A stretch of DNA of 56,306 nt, from the NCBI GenBank assembly GCA_016203115.1, contig JACQNJ010000022.1, positions 1-56,306 of the forward strand. Direction: 5' to 3'. Source of the stretch: Candidatus Woesearchaeota archaeon (GTDB taxonomy: Archaea; Nanobdellota; Nanobdellia; SCGC-AAA011-G17; GW2011-AR20). The notes under the pieces are model-generated. The model was given only the letters and a program-made list of their open reading frames with translations. It was not told where the DNA came from and did no database searches. The translations under genes and the position numbers were made by a program. Below, in pieces: positions 35,907 through 45,324 of this stretch (position 1 is its first letter; the number at the start of each line of letters is the position of its first letter).

Positions 35907-38702
35907 TTAATTCTGTTGAATTTTTATTTCGATGTCTTTTTCTTTTACCTTGAATTTATCTGAGAATTTGGGGTCTACTTTCTTTATTGAAGATGCACCC
36001 ACTGCTTCTTTTATTGCTTTTTCATCTAATTCAACTTGAGATTTTATTTCTAAAATGATTTTATCTTCTTTCTTTAATTCTGCTTTCTTTCTTAAGGCCT
36101 GGATTCTTCTAATAACTTCCCTTGTGAATCCTTCTTTTTCCAGTTCGGGTGATAGACTTGTATCTATTTCTATTTCATATTTTTCTACATCTTTTTGATC
36201 CACTATTAGTTCTTTTATGTTTGTTTGCTTTTTTATTACGGATTCAAGCATTTTTATTGAGTCTCTCATATTTTTATTCTTTGTAAAAACAGTTATAGAT
36301 TTCAATGGCCATCTGATCCCTATTTGCGCTTTGTCCCTTTGTGCTAAAACTGCTTGTATTATTTCCTTAGCAAATATCATATTCCATTCTAAATTCTTAT
36401 CGATTAATTTTGTATTAGCTTCTGGCCATTTTTCTAAGAAAATTGAGATTTCTTTTTTTGAAATATCTTGGTAAATTTTCTCTGCTATAAACGGAGTAAA
36501 AGGAGCTAGCATTTTTATTGAATCTAAGTAGGTGTTATATAGCACTCTTTGCACTGAACTTTGTTCTAATGTTTCCCTGATAAATTGACCATAAGATCTT
36601 GATAAATCTTCTAAGATAAAATTTTGTAAAGAACGCATTGCCTGATGGGGCTGTAGTAATTCTAAGTATTCTTTTACTTCTTTCTTTGTTGATTCTCTTC
36701 TTGAGATAATCCATTTATCTACTGGATCTAAATTATTTTCTTTTGTTCCTTTATCCTGGCAGTATATATTAGTGTAATTTCCTAAATTCCAAATCACATC
36801 TAATTGTTTCTTTACTTCTTTTGCAGGAGTATAGCCAAAGTTTAGATTATAACTTGGATTTTGAGTTGAGTACATCCAACGCATGATATCTGCACCAATT
36901 TTTTCTACTGCATCATCAAACCATATTGCATTTCCTGCGCTTTTATGCATTGGACTTCCTTTTTCATCCTGCAGTTTTTCATAAACTAATACTGATTGAT
37001 AAGGAGATTTATTTTCTAAAGTTACAGACATGAATAACATTGAATAAAACCATAGTCTGATTTGTTCACGCATTTCTGTTATGAATTCTGCTGGGAACCA
37101 TTTTTTCCAATAAGGTTTATCTTTTAAGTAGTTTAATGTAGAGAAAGGCACAATACCTGCATCTAGCCAACAGTCCCCTACATCTGGAACTCTTGATACT
37201 GCTTTTCCACATTTTGAGCATCTTATTTTTATCTTATCTATCCAAGGTTTATGCAGCTCTGGCAAAGAGTCTACTGATTTTGGATCAACTGCCTTTTCTT
37301 TTAATTCTTTTAATGATCCAATTATTTCGAGATGGCTGCAAGAGCATTCATAAAACATTAGAGGCAATCCCCAGAATCTTTTCCTGGAGATGCACCAATC
37401 CCCCATATTGTTAAGCCAGTCCTGCATTAACTTTCCTGCGTGTTCTGGATACCAGGTCACTTTAGCTGCTTCTTTTTTCATTAATGGTCTTATTTCATTA
37501 CATGTAATAAACCACTCAGAAACTAACCTAAAAACTAATTCTTCTTTACATCGCCAGCATACAGGGTAACGATGCTTATATTTTTCCTCATGGTGAAGCT
37601 TTCTTTTTTTCGTTAAATCTGCAACAATATCTTTTGTTATTCCTTTAACATTTTTTCCAGTTAGCCAACCAAATTCTTCTTTGTAAAAACCTGACTCATC
37701 TAAAGGCGAAATTTCTTTTAGCTTTTCTTTTTTACCTAGTTCATTATCTTCCTGGCCGCATCCTGGAGCTATGTGAACAATACCTGTTCCTTCTTCTTCG
37801 CCTACATCATTCCATGCGATCACCTTATGGATAATATTTTTTTGTGATTCTAGTTCGTCAAAAGGACCTTCATATTCTAAACCCACTAATTGCTTTCCTT
37901 TGAATTTTTCTAGAATATCAAAATGTTCTTTTAATTTTGAAGATGTCTTTTCAGAAAGGTAATAAATTTCATACCCTTGCTTTATTTTTACATAGTCTAA
38001 GTCTGGATTAACTGCAGCTGCTACATTTGATGAAAGTGTCCACGCCGTGGTTGTCCAGATTAGCAGAAATTCATTTCTTTTATCTTTTATTGGAAACTTG
38101 ACATATACTGCTGTATGCTCCATTTCTTTGTAAGAGTCTATTAATTCATGCTGAGATAAGGAAGTTCCACATCTGTAACACCATGGCATGACTCTTGTGT
38201 TTTTTACCAACCATTTTTTTTCATGACATTTTTTTAAGAAATGCCAAATGTGCTCTATGTTATTGTCTGCTAAAGTGTAATAAGAATTTTCCCAATCCAT
38301 CCATTGACCTAATCTAATTGATTGTTCTGTTTGGATTTTTGAGAATTTTTCAACTCTTTTTCTGCATTCTTTTGAGAATTTATCCAAGCCGAAATTTTCA
38401 ATATCTTTTTTTGAGTTAAAACCTAGGTCTTTTTCAACCTCAACTTCGACCCATAAACCCTGGCAGTCAAATCCGTTTTGGTATCTCTCATCATAGCCCT
38501 GCATTGCTTTGAATCTTTGGAATAAATCCTTGTAAGTCCTGCCCCAGGCATGATGAACACCCATGGGATTATTTGCGGTTATTGGGCCATCAAAAAATGA
38601 AAACTTCTTGTTTTTCTGATTCTGCTTTCTTAATTTTTCAAATACCTTGTTTTTTCCCCAAAATTCTAAGATTTCCTTTTCTACTTCAGACGGACTGTAC
38701 AT
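35907..38702 (-). CDS. ileS: isoleucyl-tRNA synthetase
   Basis: HIGH-variant PMGVHHAWG, CWRCKEELVFRLVSEWFI, WCISRKRFWGLP and KMSKS-variant PMHKSAGN. 931 aa. Confidence 0.9.
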   Translation of the reverse strand: MYSPSEVEKEILEFWGKNKVFEKLRKQNQKNKKFSFFDGPITANNPMGVHHAWGRTYKDLFQRFKAMQGYDERYQNGFDCQGLWVEVEVEKDLGFNSKKDIENFGLDKFSKECRKRVEKFSKIQTEQSIRLGQWMDWENSYYTLADNNIEHIWHFLKKCHEKKWLVKNTRVMPWCYRCGTSLSQHELIDSYKEMEHTAVYVKFPIKDKRNEFLLIWTTTAWTLSSNVAAAVNPDLDYVKIKQGYEIYYLSEKTSSKLKEHFDILEKFKGKQLVGLEYEGPFDELESQKNIIHKVIAWNDVGEEEGTGIVHIAPGCGQEDNELGKKEKLKEISPLDESGFYKEEFGWLTGKNVKGITKDIVADLTKKRKLHHEEKYKHRYPVCWRCKEELVFRLVSEWFITCNEIRPLMKKEAAKVTWYPEHAGKLMQDWLNNMGDWCISRKRFWGLPLMFYECSCSHLEIIGSLKELKEKAVDPKSVDSLPELHKPWIDKIKIRCSKCGKAVSRVPDVGDCWLDAGIVPFSTLNYLKDKPYWKKWFPAEFITEMREQIRLWFYSMLFMSVTLENKSPYQSVLVYEKLQDEKGSPMHKSAGNAIWFDDAVEKIGADIMRWMYSTQNPSYNLNFGYTPAKEVKKQLDVIWNLGNYTNIYCQDKGTKENNLDPVDKWIISRRESTKKEVKEYLELLQPHQAMRSLQNFILEDLSRSYGQFIRETLEQSSVQRVLYNTYLDSIKMLAPFTPFIAEKIYQDISKKEISIFLEKWPEANTKLIDKNLEWNMIFAKEIIQAVLAQRDKAQIGIRWPLKSITVFTKNKNMRDSIKMLESVIKKQTNIKELIVDQKDVEKYEIEIDTSLSPELEKEGFTREVIRRIQALRKKAELKKEDKIILEIKSQVELDEKAIKEAVGASSIKKVDPKFSDKFKVKEKDIEIKIQQN

Positions 38703-38862
38703 TTTATACTTCCTTTAGTGTTGGTTTTTATAAGGTTTATCATATAGGCTCCTAAATAATTAGATGATAATAGAAGTAATATCTTGTGAGAGTGATTTCA
38801 TATTTTTTAAATAGGACTTGTTCTTATAAAGCTTTTGCCAGTCTTTTCTTTTTTAACAAATC

Positions 38863-38871
38863 TTTATAAAA
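38863..38871 (+). promoter_or_regulatory. TATA box (tttataaaa) ~25 nt upstream of the rfcS ATG
   Basis: The spacing implies a leaderless transcript starting at or near 38892. Confidence 0.45.
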
Positions 38872-38891
38872 TTTGGGCTATTCCAAATATT

Positions 38892-39839
38892 ATGGACAGC
38901 TCCATTTGGGTGGAAAGGCATAGACCTAAGACTTTTGATGAGATGGTAGGACAAAAAGAGATTGTAAAAAGAATAAAGGCTTTTGTCGGACATAAAAACG
39001 TGCCTAATATGCTTTTTGCTGGACCTGCAGGGGTTGGAAAGACCACAATTGCTTTAGTTATTGCTAGAGAGCTTTATGGAGATAGCTGGAGAGAAAATTT
39101 TTTAGAATTAAATGCATCAGACGACAGAGGGATTGATGTTGTTAGGAATACAATAAAAGATTTTGCCAGGACTAAATCTATAGGGGATGCTCCTTTCAAG
39201 ATCATTTTATTGGATGAGAGTGATTCCTTAACTAGAGATGCACAACAAGCCTTGAGAAGAACAATGGAGCAATATTCTAACAGTTGCAGGTTTATTTTTT
39301 CAGTGAATTATAGTTCAAAAATTATTGACCCTATACAGAGCAGATGCAGTGTTTTTAGATTTAGACCTTTAGAAAAAAATGACGTTAGAGAGATTATTAC
39401 AAACATAGCAAAACATGAAAAACTAAGAGTAGAAGAAAAATCTGTTTATGCTCTTTTTGAGCTTTGTGGAGGGGATGTAAGAAGACTTGGAAACATTTTA
39501 CAAAGCTGTGCTTCTGTTGACAAGCATATCACTTCAGAATTAATCTATAAAGTTGCGAGCTATGCTGACCCTAAAGAGGTTAGAGATATTTTAAGTTTGG
39601 CTATAAAAGGAGAATTTATTAAGTCTAGGGATTTGTTGTTGAATGTTATGTTGAGAGATGGTTTAAGTGGTATTGACATGATCAAGCAAATTCAAAAAGA
39701 GATCTGGAATTTGCAGATTGATGACATAAAAAAATTGTCTATGACTGAGAGATGTGGGGAAATAGAATTCAGGATGGTTGAGGGAAGCGATGAGTTTTTA
39801 CAGATGGAGGGTTTAATAGCAAGTTTTTGCAAAAAATGA
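38892..39839 (+). CDS. rfcS: replication factor C small subunit
   Basis: The track ORF starts at a TTG (38835); trimmed to ATG 38892 (MDSSIWVERHRPKTFDEMVGQ). Walker A GPAGVGKTT, DEAD-like LLDESD, and the SRC motif (IQSRCSVFRF). Confidence 0.95.
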   Translation: MDSSIWVERHRPKTFDEMVGQKEIVKRIKAFVGHKNVPNMLFAGPAGVGKTTIALVIARELYGDSWRENFLELNASDDRGIDVVRNTIKDFARTKSIGDAPFKIILLDESDSLTRDAQQALRRTMEQYSNSCRFIFSVNYSSKIIDPIQSRCSVFRFRPLEKNDVREIITNIAKHEKLRVEEKSVYALFELCGGDVRRLGNILQSCASVDKHITSELIYKVASYADPKEVRDILSLAIKGEFIKSRDLLLNVMLRDGLSGIDMIKQIQKEIWNLQIDDIKKLSMTERCGEIEFRMVEGSDEFLQMEGLIASFCKK

Positions 39840-40402
39840 AAATAAATTTTGAATATTCCTCTGTATATGATATGATGCTAAATGAAATAGCGGGTAATTT
39901 TGATGAGAGTAGCATAAAAAAATCTCACGACTTTCTTAATTCTACAAAATTATTTTGGAGTTTAAATGGTAATAAAATTGTGAAAGAAATAGAAAAGGTC
40001 TCTAGGTTAAGGTTTAAGAAAAATATTGATTGCTTTGTTGTGAGCTCTATGCCTTATGAGTCCATTTCACATCCCTTTACTATAAAAGCTGAGAAGAATA
40101 AAGACAAGCTTCTCGCTATATTTGTTCATGAGTTAACACATGTTTTAATGTCGCAGAATTTTAAAGATGTGCACCACTTGCTTAGCTTTATGGATAAAGA
40201 TCATAATTACAGAGTACATTTTCCTGTTTTACTTATTGAGAGAAGAGTTTTAGAAAGATTAAATAAGGATTACAAGAAACAAAAGAGAATTGAAGGCTTA
40301 GATTATGTTTGGAAAGATGTGAATAAAGTTTACCCCGTGTTTTGTAATTCCAAGGGTATTGTAAATTTCCTAAAAGAAAATGCTGCTAATAGACAAGTAT
40401 AA
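39836..40402 (+). CDS. hypothetical protein with HExxH motif (putative metallopeptidase-like)
   Basis: Trimmed to ATG 39836, which overlaps the rfcS stop as ATGA. FVHELTHVL is the only motif recognised. Its 3' end overlaps the rfcL start by 23 nt. Confidence 0.35.
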   Translation: MKINFEYSSVYDMMLNEIAGNFDESSIKKSHDFLNSTKLFWSLNGNKIVKEIEKVSRLRFKKNIDCFVVSSMPYESISHPFTIKAEKNKDKLLAIFVHELTHVLMSQNFKDVHHLLSFMDKDHNYRVHFPVLLIERRVLERLNKDYKKQKRIEGLDYVWKDVNKVYPVFCNSKGIVNFLKENAANRQV

Positions 40403-41537
40403 ACCTACAAGTACTAAAGAGATATTTGGGCAAGATAGAGCTATAGATGAATTAAAAAAATGCATCAAAAGTAAAAAAACCGCTATTCTTTTAGGGAAAA
40501 GTGGAATTGGAAAAACTGCCAGTATATATGCTCTTGCAAATGAGTTTAACTATGAGATTGTTGAAAGCAATTCAAGTGACATTAGAAATAAAGAAGGAGT
40601 TATTAACTTTTTAGGATCTGCCTCTTCTCAAGGGAGCTTGTTTTATGATGGGAAGTTAATCCTTATTGATGAAATTGAGGGGATGGCGGGAAATGCAGAC
40701 AAGGGAGGTTTGAATGCAGTTACGGAGATTATTAAAAAAAGCAACTTTCCTGTAATTTTAACCTGTAATGATGTTCAGTCAAAAAATTTTTCTTCTTTGA
40801 AGAAGATCTGCAAAGTCATTTCTTTTGAACCTTTATCTTATTCTATTGTATTTGAACTTTTGAAAAATGTCTCTAAGAAAGAAGGACTGGGAATCCAGGA
40901 TGATTTATTGAAAAGCTTGGCTATCAAAAGCAATGGGGATGCAAGAGCTGCATTGATTGATTTAGAATTTTTTAGGTATAATGACTTTAGCGATGTTAAT
41001 TTTCTTTCCAGAGATATGAGCCAGGATGTTAGCCAAGCATTGAGAGTTCTTTTTAAAAGCAAGAATCCTAAATCAATTTCTGAAGTTTTTGACTCTCTGC
41101 ATGAAGATTTAGATGAAATAACATTATGGATTGAAGAAAATTGTCCTAAAGAGTATAGCGGAGAAGATCTTGCTTCTTGCTTTGATTCTTTAAGTAAAGC
41201 AGATGTGTTTAATGGCAGAATAATTAAGAGACAGTATTATCGATTCTTGGTTTATAGGAGAATCCTCATGTCTTTGGGAGTAGGTTTAGCTAAAAAAGAG
41301 AAGAAACTTGGACAAGTTAATTACACAAGAAGTTCCAGAATTCTTAAAATGTGGATTTGGAACAACAAGAACTTAAGAAAGAAATCAATATCTGGAAAAA
41401 TTGGGGGTATTACTCATGCTTCCCTTAAAAAATCCTTTAAAGAATTTATTTTTTACAAACATTTATTAAATGATAAGACTTTCATTAGTGAGCTTGAGCT
41501 TAATGAAGATGAAATTGAGTGGATTAATAAAAATTAG
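40380..41537 (+). CDS. rfcL: replication factor C large subunit
   Basis: LIDKYKPTSTKEIFGQ, Walker A LLGKSGIGKTA, LILIDEIEG, and NDVQSK... Confidence 0.8.
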   Translation: MLLIDKYKPTSTKEIFGQDRAIDELKKCIKSKKTAILLGKSGIGKTASIYALANEFNYEIVESNSSDIRNKEGVINFLGSASSQGSLFYDGKLILIDEIEGMAGNADKGGLNAVTEIIKKSNFPVILTCNDVQSKNFSSLKKICKVISFEPLSYSIVFELLKNVSKKEGLGIQDDLLKSLAIKSNGDARAALIDLEFFRYNDFSDVNFLSRDMSQDVSQALRVLFKSKNPKSISEVFDSLHEDLDEITLWIEENCPKEYSGEDLASCFDSLSKADVFNGRIIKRQYYRFLVYRRILMSLGVGLAKKEKKLGQVNYTRSSRILKMWIWNNKNLRKKSISGKIGGITHASLKKSFKEFIFYKHLLNDKTFISELELNEDEIEWINKN

Positions 41538-42153
41538 TTTTATTATCTTATTATTCTTTTTAGTCGGATGTAATAAAGATGAAAATTTAACTTCTAAGGC
41601 TGTTTTAGAAGGTGAAGAGAGTTTAGTTGTTGAAGTTATTGATGGGGATACTTTTGAGCTAGATAATGGAATTCATGTTAGAATGCTGGGGATTAATACT
41701 CCTGAAGTTAATGAAGATTATTATCAAGAGGCCAAGGATGAATTAAAAAAATTAATTTTAAATAAAACAGTTTTGCTTGTTAGAGACAAACAGGACAAGG
41801 ACAAGTATGGGAGGGATTTGAGATATGTCTACGTTGATAATTTATTTGCCAATTCTTACCTAGTTGAAAATGGATATGCCAAAACTTTGAGCATTGAGCC
41901 AAATACTAAATACACTGAGGAATTTGCATTTTTAGAAAGAGAAGCTATTGATAATTCTAAAGGATTGTGGGGAATTGAGCAAAGAAATGTTTGTATTGTT
42001 TTGGGATGTGAAGAAGGAACTAAATATGTTGCAAGCAAAAGTTCTAAGGTATATTACGATTGCGATTGCAAGAAAACTGCAAGATTGAGGGTTAAGGAAG
42101 TGAAATGTTTTAGTGAAATTCCTGAAGGTTACACTAAGTCAAAAAGCTGTTAG
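41509..42153 (+). CDS. secreted staphylococcal-nuclease (SNase/thermonuclease) homologue with lipobox-like signal
   Basis: Trimmed to MKLSGLIKISFIILLFFLVGC. The SNase core is VIDGDTFEL...VRMLGINTPE...YGRDLRYVY...LVENGYA. Confidence 0.8.
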   Translation: MKLSGLIKISFIILLFFLVGCNKDENLTSKAVLEGEESLVVEVIDGDTFELDNGIHVRMLGINTPEVNEDYYQEAKDELKKLILNKTVLLVRDKQDKDKYGRDLRYVYVDNLFANSYLVENGYAKTLSIEPNTKYTEEFAFLEREAIDNSKGLWGIEQRNVCIVLGCEEGTKYVASKSSKVYYDCDCKKTARLRVKEVKCFSEIPEGYTKSKSC

Positions 42154-42191
42154 CAAAAGTTTTATAAAGTACTTATTAGAGCAGAGTAAAT

Positions 42192-42521
42192 ATGGATAAA
42201 ATTTCAGAGATTAAACCTAGACAAGGAAAAATAGAAGTTGAAGGGAAGATAATTTCTAAGGAAGAGCCAAGAACTTTCCAAAAATTTGGTCAAACTGGAA
42301 GAGTTTGTAATGCTGAATTAGAAGATGATTCTGGAAAGATTAAACTGACTTTATGGAATGATGAAGTAGATGCAGTTAAAGTTGATGACAATGTAAAGAT
42401 TACTAATGGATATTGCAATGAGTTTCAAGGCGAGAAGCAGTTAACTGCTGGCAGATTTGGAAAGCTAGAAGTTCTAAATGGCGAAACTGTAGAGAAGAAG
42501 AGCAGTAAAAAGAAAGAATAA
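42192..42521 (+). CDS. single-OB-fold ssDNA-binding protein (short RPA/SSB-like)
   Basis: GRVCNAELEDDSGKIKLTLWNDEVD...VKITNGYCNEFQGEKQLTAGRFGKLEV is a typical archaeal RPA-type OB pattern. Lys-rich tail. Confidence 0.6.
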   Translation: MDKISEIKPRQGKIEVEGKIISKEEPRTFQKFGQTGRVCNAELEDDSGKIKLTLWNDEVDAVKVDDNVKITNGYCNEFQGEKQLTAGRFGKLEVLNGETVEKKSSKKKE

Positions 42522-42522
42522 T

Positions 42523-43371
42523 CTAAAACCTTAATGCATTAAGTCTTTTAATTCTCTCGTTAACATCTGGATGTGTGCTAAATAAATTAGTTAAAGCATT
42601 TCCTCTAAATGGATTTGCTATAAATAAACTAGATGCTGCTTCTGAGCCGAAATTTAATGGGGAATCTTTTACAGAGGCATGAATTTTCTCTAATGCTTTT
42701 GATAGAGATTTGCTATTTTTTATTAATTTAGCACCTGTTTCATCTGCTAAATATTCTCTGCTTCTTGAGATAGCCATTTGGATTATTAAAGCGATAATTG
42801 GGGTTAATATCGCTAATGCTATTAAACCTATAATGTTTCCTGTGCTTTGCCCTTCATCATCTCCACCACCAAAGATTAATCCAAATTGAAGCATATGGGC
42901 TAAGTAAGAGATTACTCCGGCTATAGTTGCTGCTACTGTTGCAATCAGAACATCCCTGTTTTTTGAATGGGCAACTTCATGGGCTAAAACACCCTTGAGC
43001 TCTTCCTTTGTCAAAATGTCTATTATTCCTTGAGTACAAGCTAAGACATAACGACTAGGGCCAATTCCAGCGCAAAAAGCATTACCCTGTTTTGTGGGTA
43101 TTAAGTATATTCCTTTTGGCATTGGAATTCCTGCTTCTGTGGTTATTTCTTTCACCATATCATGAAGCCAGGGTAAGTCTGATTTCTTAAGCTCTTTAGC
43201 CTTATACATCATTAAAGCTATTTTATCTGAAAAGAAGTATATTACAGCATTCATTAATACAACGAATATAATTGCTACTGTCAATCCTGTTTGACCGAAA
43301 AAGCTTCCTATGAATAGCAGTAAGCCTGTTAATACTCCGATGAGTAATACTGTCTTTATTTGGTTTATCAT
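42523..43371 (-). CDS. htpX: HtpX-family M48 zinc metalloprotease
   Basis: TM-TM-HEVAHSKNRD (HExxH)-TM-TM topology, with REYLADETGA downstream. Confidence 0.9.
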   Translation of the reverse strand: MINQIKTVLLIGVLTGLLLFIGSFFGQTGLTVAIIFVVLMNAVIYFFSDKIALMMYKAKELKKSDLPWLHDMVKEITTEAGIPMPKGIYLIPTKQGNAFCAGIGPSRYVLACTQGIIDILTKEELKGVLAHEVAHSKNRDVLIATVAATIAGVISYLAHMLQFGLIFGGGDDEGQSTGNIIGLIALAILTPIIALIIQMAISRSREYLADETGAKLIKNSKSLSKALEKIHASVKDSPLNFGSEAASSLFIANPFRGNALTNLFSTHPDVNERIKRLNALRF

Positions 43372-43468
43372 GATAATATTATTAAAATGAAGACTTAAAA
43401 GTTTTACGTTTTAAGGGTGCAATAGCTTAAATAAAAAGGTTTATATCAAATTTATTCTTTAAAATTTT

Positions 43469-44761
43469 ATGGCTTATGATGTTCTTATAGGAAGGGATGA
43501 AAAAGATAGAGAAAGTTTCGGTAAAAAAGGGCTGCTCTATCTAGGAAAAAGCTATGTTAAGATGGAGAATGAAAGTGCTTTGAGCAATAATGTATATTTG
43601 GATGTTAATAAAAGCCATGTTATACTTGTAAGTGGGAAGAGAGGATCTGGAAAATCTTACGGCTTGAGCGTTATGGCAGAAGAAATGTCTCTTTTAGATG
43701 AAGAAGTGAGGAATAAAATTGCAGTCATCATGATAGATACAATGGGCATTTTCTGGAGCATGAAATACCCTAATGAAAAGCAGAAAGATGAATTGCATGA
43801 ATGGAGATTAAAGGAAAGGGGATTTGATGTGCAGGTTTTTGTTCCTTCTGGAAAAGTTTCTAGTTACCAGGAAAAGGAGATTCCTTTTGATTTTTCTTTT
43901 TCTTTTAAGCCTAAAGAGCTTAGAGCTGAAGATTGGTGTAAGGTTTTTAATGTTGATTTTAACAGTCCTATAGGAATTCTTATAGAAAGGACCTTGAATA
44001 ATTTAAATGGAGAGTATAGCATTGAAGATATTGTGAAACTTGTTACAGAGGATAAAAAAGCTGAGGCTCATGTAAGATTAGCTTTGCAAGGCAGATTTGA
44101 AGCTGCTCAAGGTTTAGGTATTTTTGATGTTAAAGGCATAGAACTTAAGGATCTTATTCAGCCTGGAAAAACTGTTATTTTGGATGTAAGCTGCTATGAA
44201 GACTGGAATGTTAAAAGTTTAGTTGTTGGACTGCTAGGGAAGAAATTATTGAGTGAAATGGTTGATGTGAGGAAAAAAGAAGAAATGAATATTATTAGAG
44301 AACATCAGAGCATTTTTGAAGAAAATAAAAGTGAAAATCCCTTGGTATGGTTAATGATTGATGAAGCACAAGATTTTCTGCCGAGGGCTGAAGAAACTCC
44401 TGCTTCAAGAGCTTTGATAAGATTATTGAGGGAAGGAAGACAACCTGGGATAAGTATGGTCTTGGCGACCCAGCAGCCTGGAGAGATTCATAGAGATGTG
44501 ATGACTCAGGCAGATATTGTTATTAGCCATAGGATTACTGCACAATTTGACATTGAAGCTTTAAACATGATTATGCAGACTTATTTAGCTGAAGATATTC
44601 TTGGCTACTTGAATGATCTGCCTAATGTTAGAGGAAGCGGGATTATTTTGGATGATAATAGCGAGAGAATTTATTCCTTTAAGGTAAGGCCTAAAATGAG
44701 CTGGCACGGGGGAGATGCTCCTTCCGCTGTTAAAGTTAAGAAAAAATTATTTGAATCATGA
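43469..44761 (+). CDS. HerA/FtsK-like P-loop ATPase (DUF87-type)
   Basis: Walker A VSGKRGSGKSY, Walker B WLMIDEAQDF, and GRQPGISMVLATQQP. TATA tttatatc lies ~25 nt upstream. Confidence 0.7.
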   Translation: MAYDVLIGRDEKDRESFGKKGLLYLGKSYVKMENESALSNNVYLDVNKSHVILVSGKRGSGKSYGLSVMAEEMSLLDEEVRNKIAVIMIDTMGIFWSMKYPNEKQKDELHEWRLKERGFDVQVFVPSGKVSSYQEKEIPFDFSFSFKPKELRAEDWCKVFNVDFNSPIGILIERTLNNLNGEYSIEDIVKLVTEDKKAEAHVRLALQGRFEAAQGLGIFDVKGIELKDLIQPGKTVILDVSCYEDWNVKSLVVGLLGKKLLSEMVDVRKKEEMNIIREHQSIFEENKSENPLVWLMIDEAQDFLPRAEETPASRALIRLLREGRQPGISMVLATQQPGEIHRDVMTQADIVISHRITAQFDIEALNMIMQTYLAEDILGYLNDLPNVRGSGIILDDNSERIYSFKVRPKMSWHGGDAPSAVKVKKKLFES

Positions 44762-45324
44762 AAAAAGACAAGATTACTATTAAAGCAAAAAGTGAGGGAT
44801 ATAGGGCTAGAAGCGTTTACAAATTATTTTCTATAAACAAAAGGTATGGTATAATAAAAGAGGGAATTATAGTCCTTGATTTAGGATGCTGGCCTGGAAG
44901 CTGGCTGCAAGTATGCAAGGAGATTAAGTGCAGAAAGATAATTGGAGTTGATGTTAAAAGGATAAATCCTATAAAAAATGTTGAATTTGTCAATAAAGAT
45001 GTGCTCAGCGAGGACTTATTATCCATTTTACAAAGATATGGCAAGTTTGATACAGTGCTGAGTGATTTGGCACCTAATACTTCTGGAAAACAGGAGATTG
45101 ATAATTTCAAGTCTTTTCAGCTTTCTGAGAGAGCTTTTTTAATTGCCTGTGATGTGCTAAAATTGCATGGAAATTTTCTTGTTAAAATATTTCAGAGTGA
45201 GGATTCTCAGGGATTGCTTGGAGATATTAGAAAAAGATTTTCTTTCGTTAAGGTGTTTAAGCCTGAAAATTCCAAAAAAAGAAGCAATGAGATTTATATT
45301 ATTGCTAAGAATTATGTTGGCTGA
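44758..45324 (+). CDS. rlmE: FtsJ/RlmE-type rRNA 2'-O-methyltransferase
   Basis: YRARSVYKL, SAM motif VLDLGCWPGSWLQV, VLSDLAPNTSG and FLVKIFQ. Confidence 0.85.
   Translation: MKKDKITIKAKSEGYRARSVYKLFSINKRYGIIKEGIIVLDLGCWPGSWLQVCKEIKCRKIIGVDVKRINPIKNVEFVNKDVLSEDLLSILQRYGKFDTVLSDLAPNTSGKQEIDNFKSFQLSERAFLIACDVLKLHGNFLVKIFQSEDSQGLLGDIRKRFSFVKVFKPENSKKRSNEIYIIAKNYVG

Noticed and set aside
35907-38702. Non-canonical HIGH (VHHAWG) and KMSKS (MHKSAG) motifs in IleRS as a sign of a pseudo-synthetase
   Set aside because: From memory, this variant motif pair is characteristic of a known IleRS clade. All other IleRS signatures (CWRC, WCISR) are intact.
38835-38891. Upstream TTG starts used by the ORF track (also 10767, 39827, 52890)
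   Set aside because: The first codon is TTG in each case. ATG starts downstream fit conserved protein N-termini, ATGA overlaps or the ~25-nt TATA spacing, so the shorter models were preferred.
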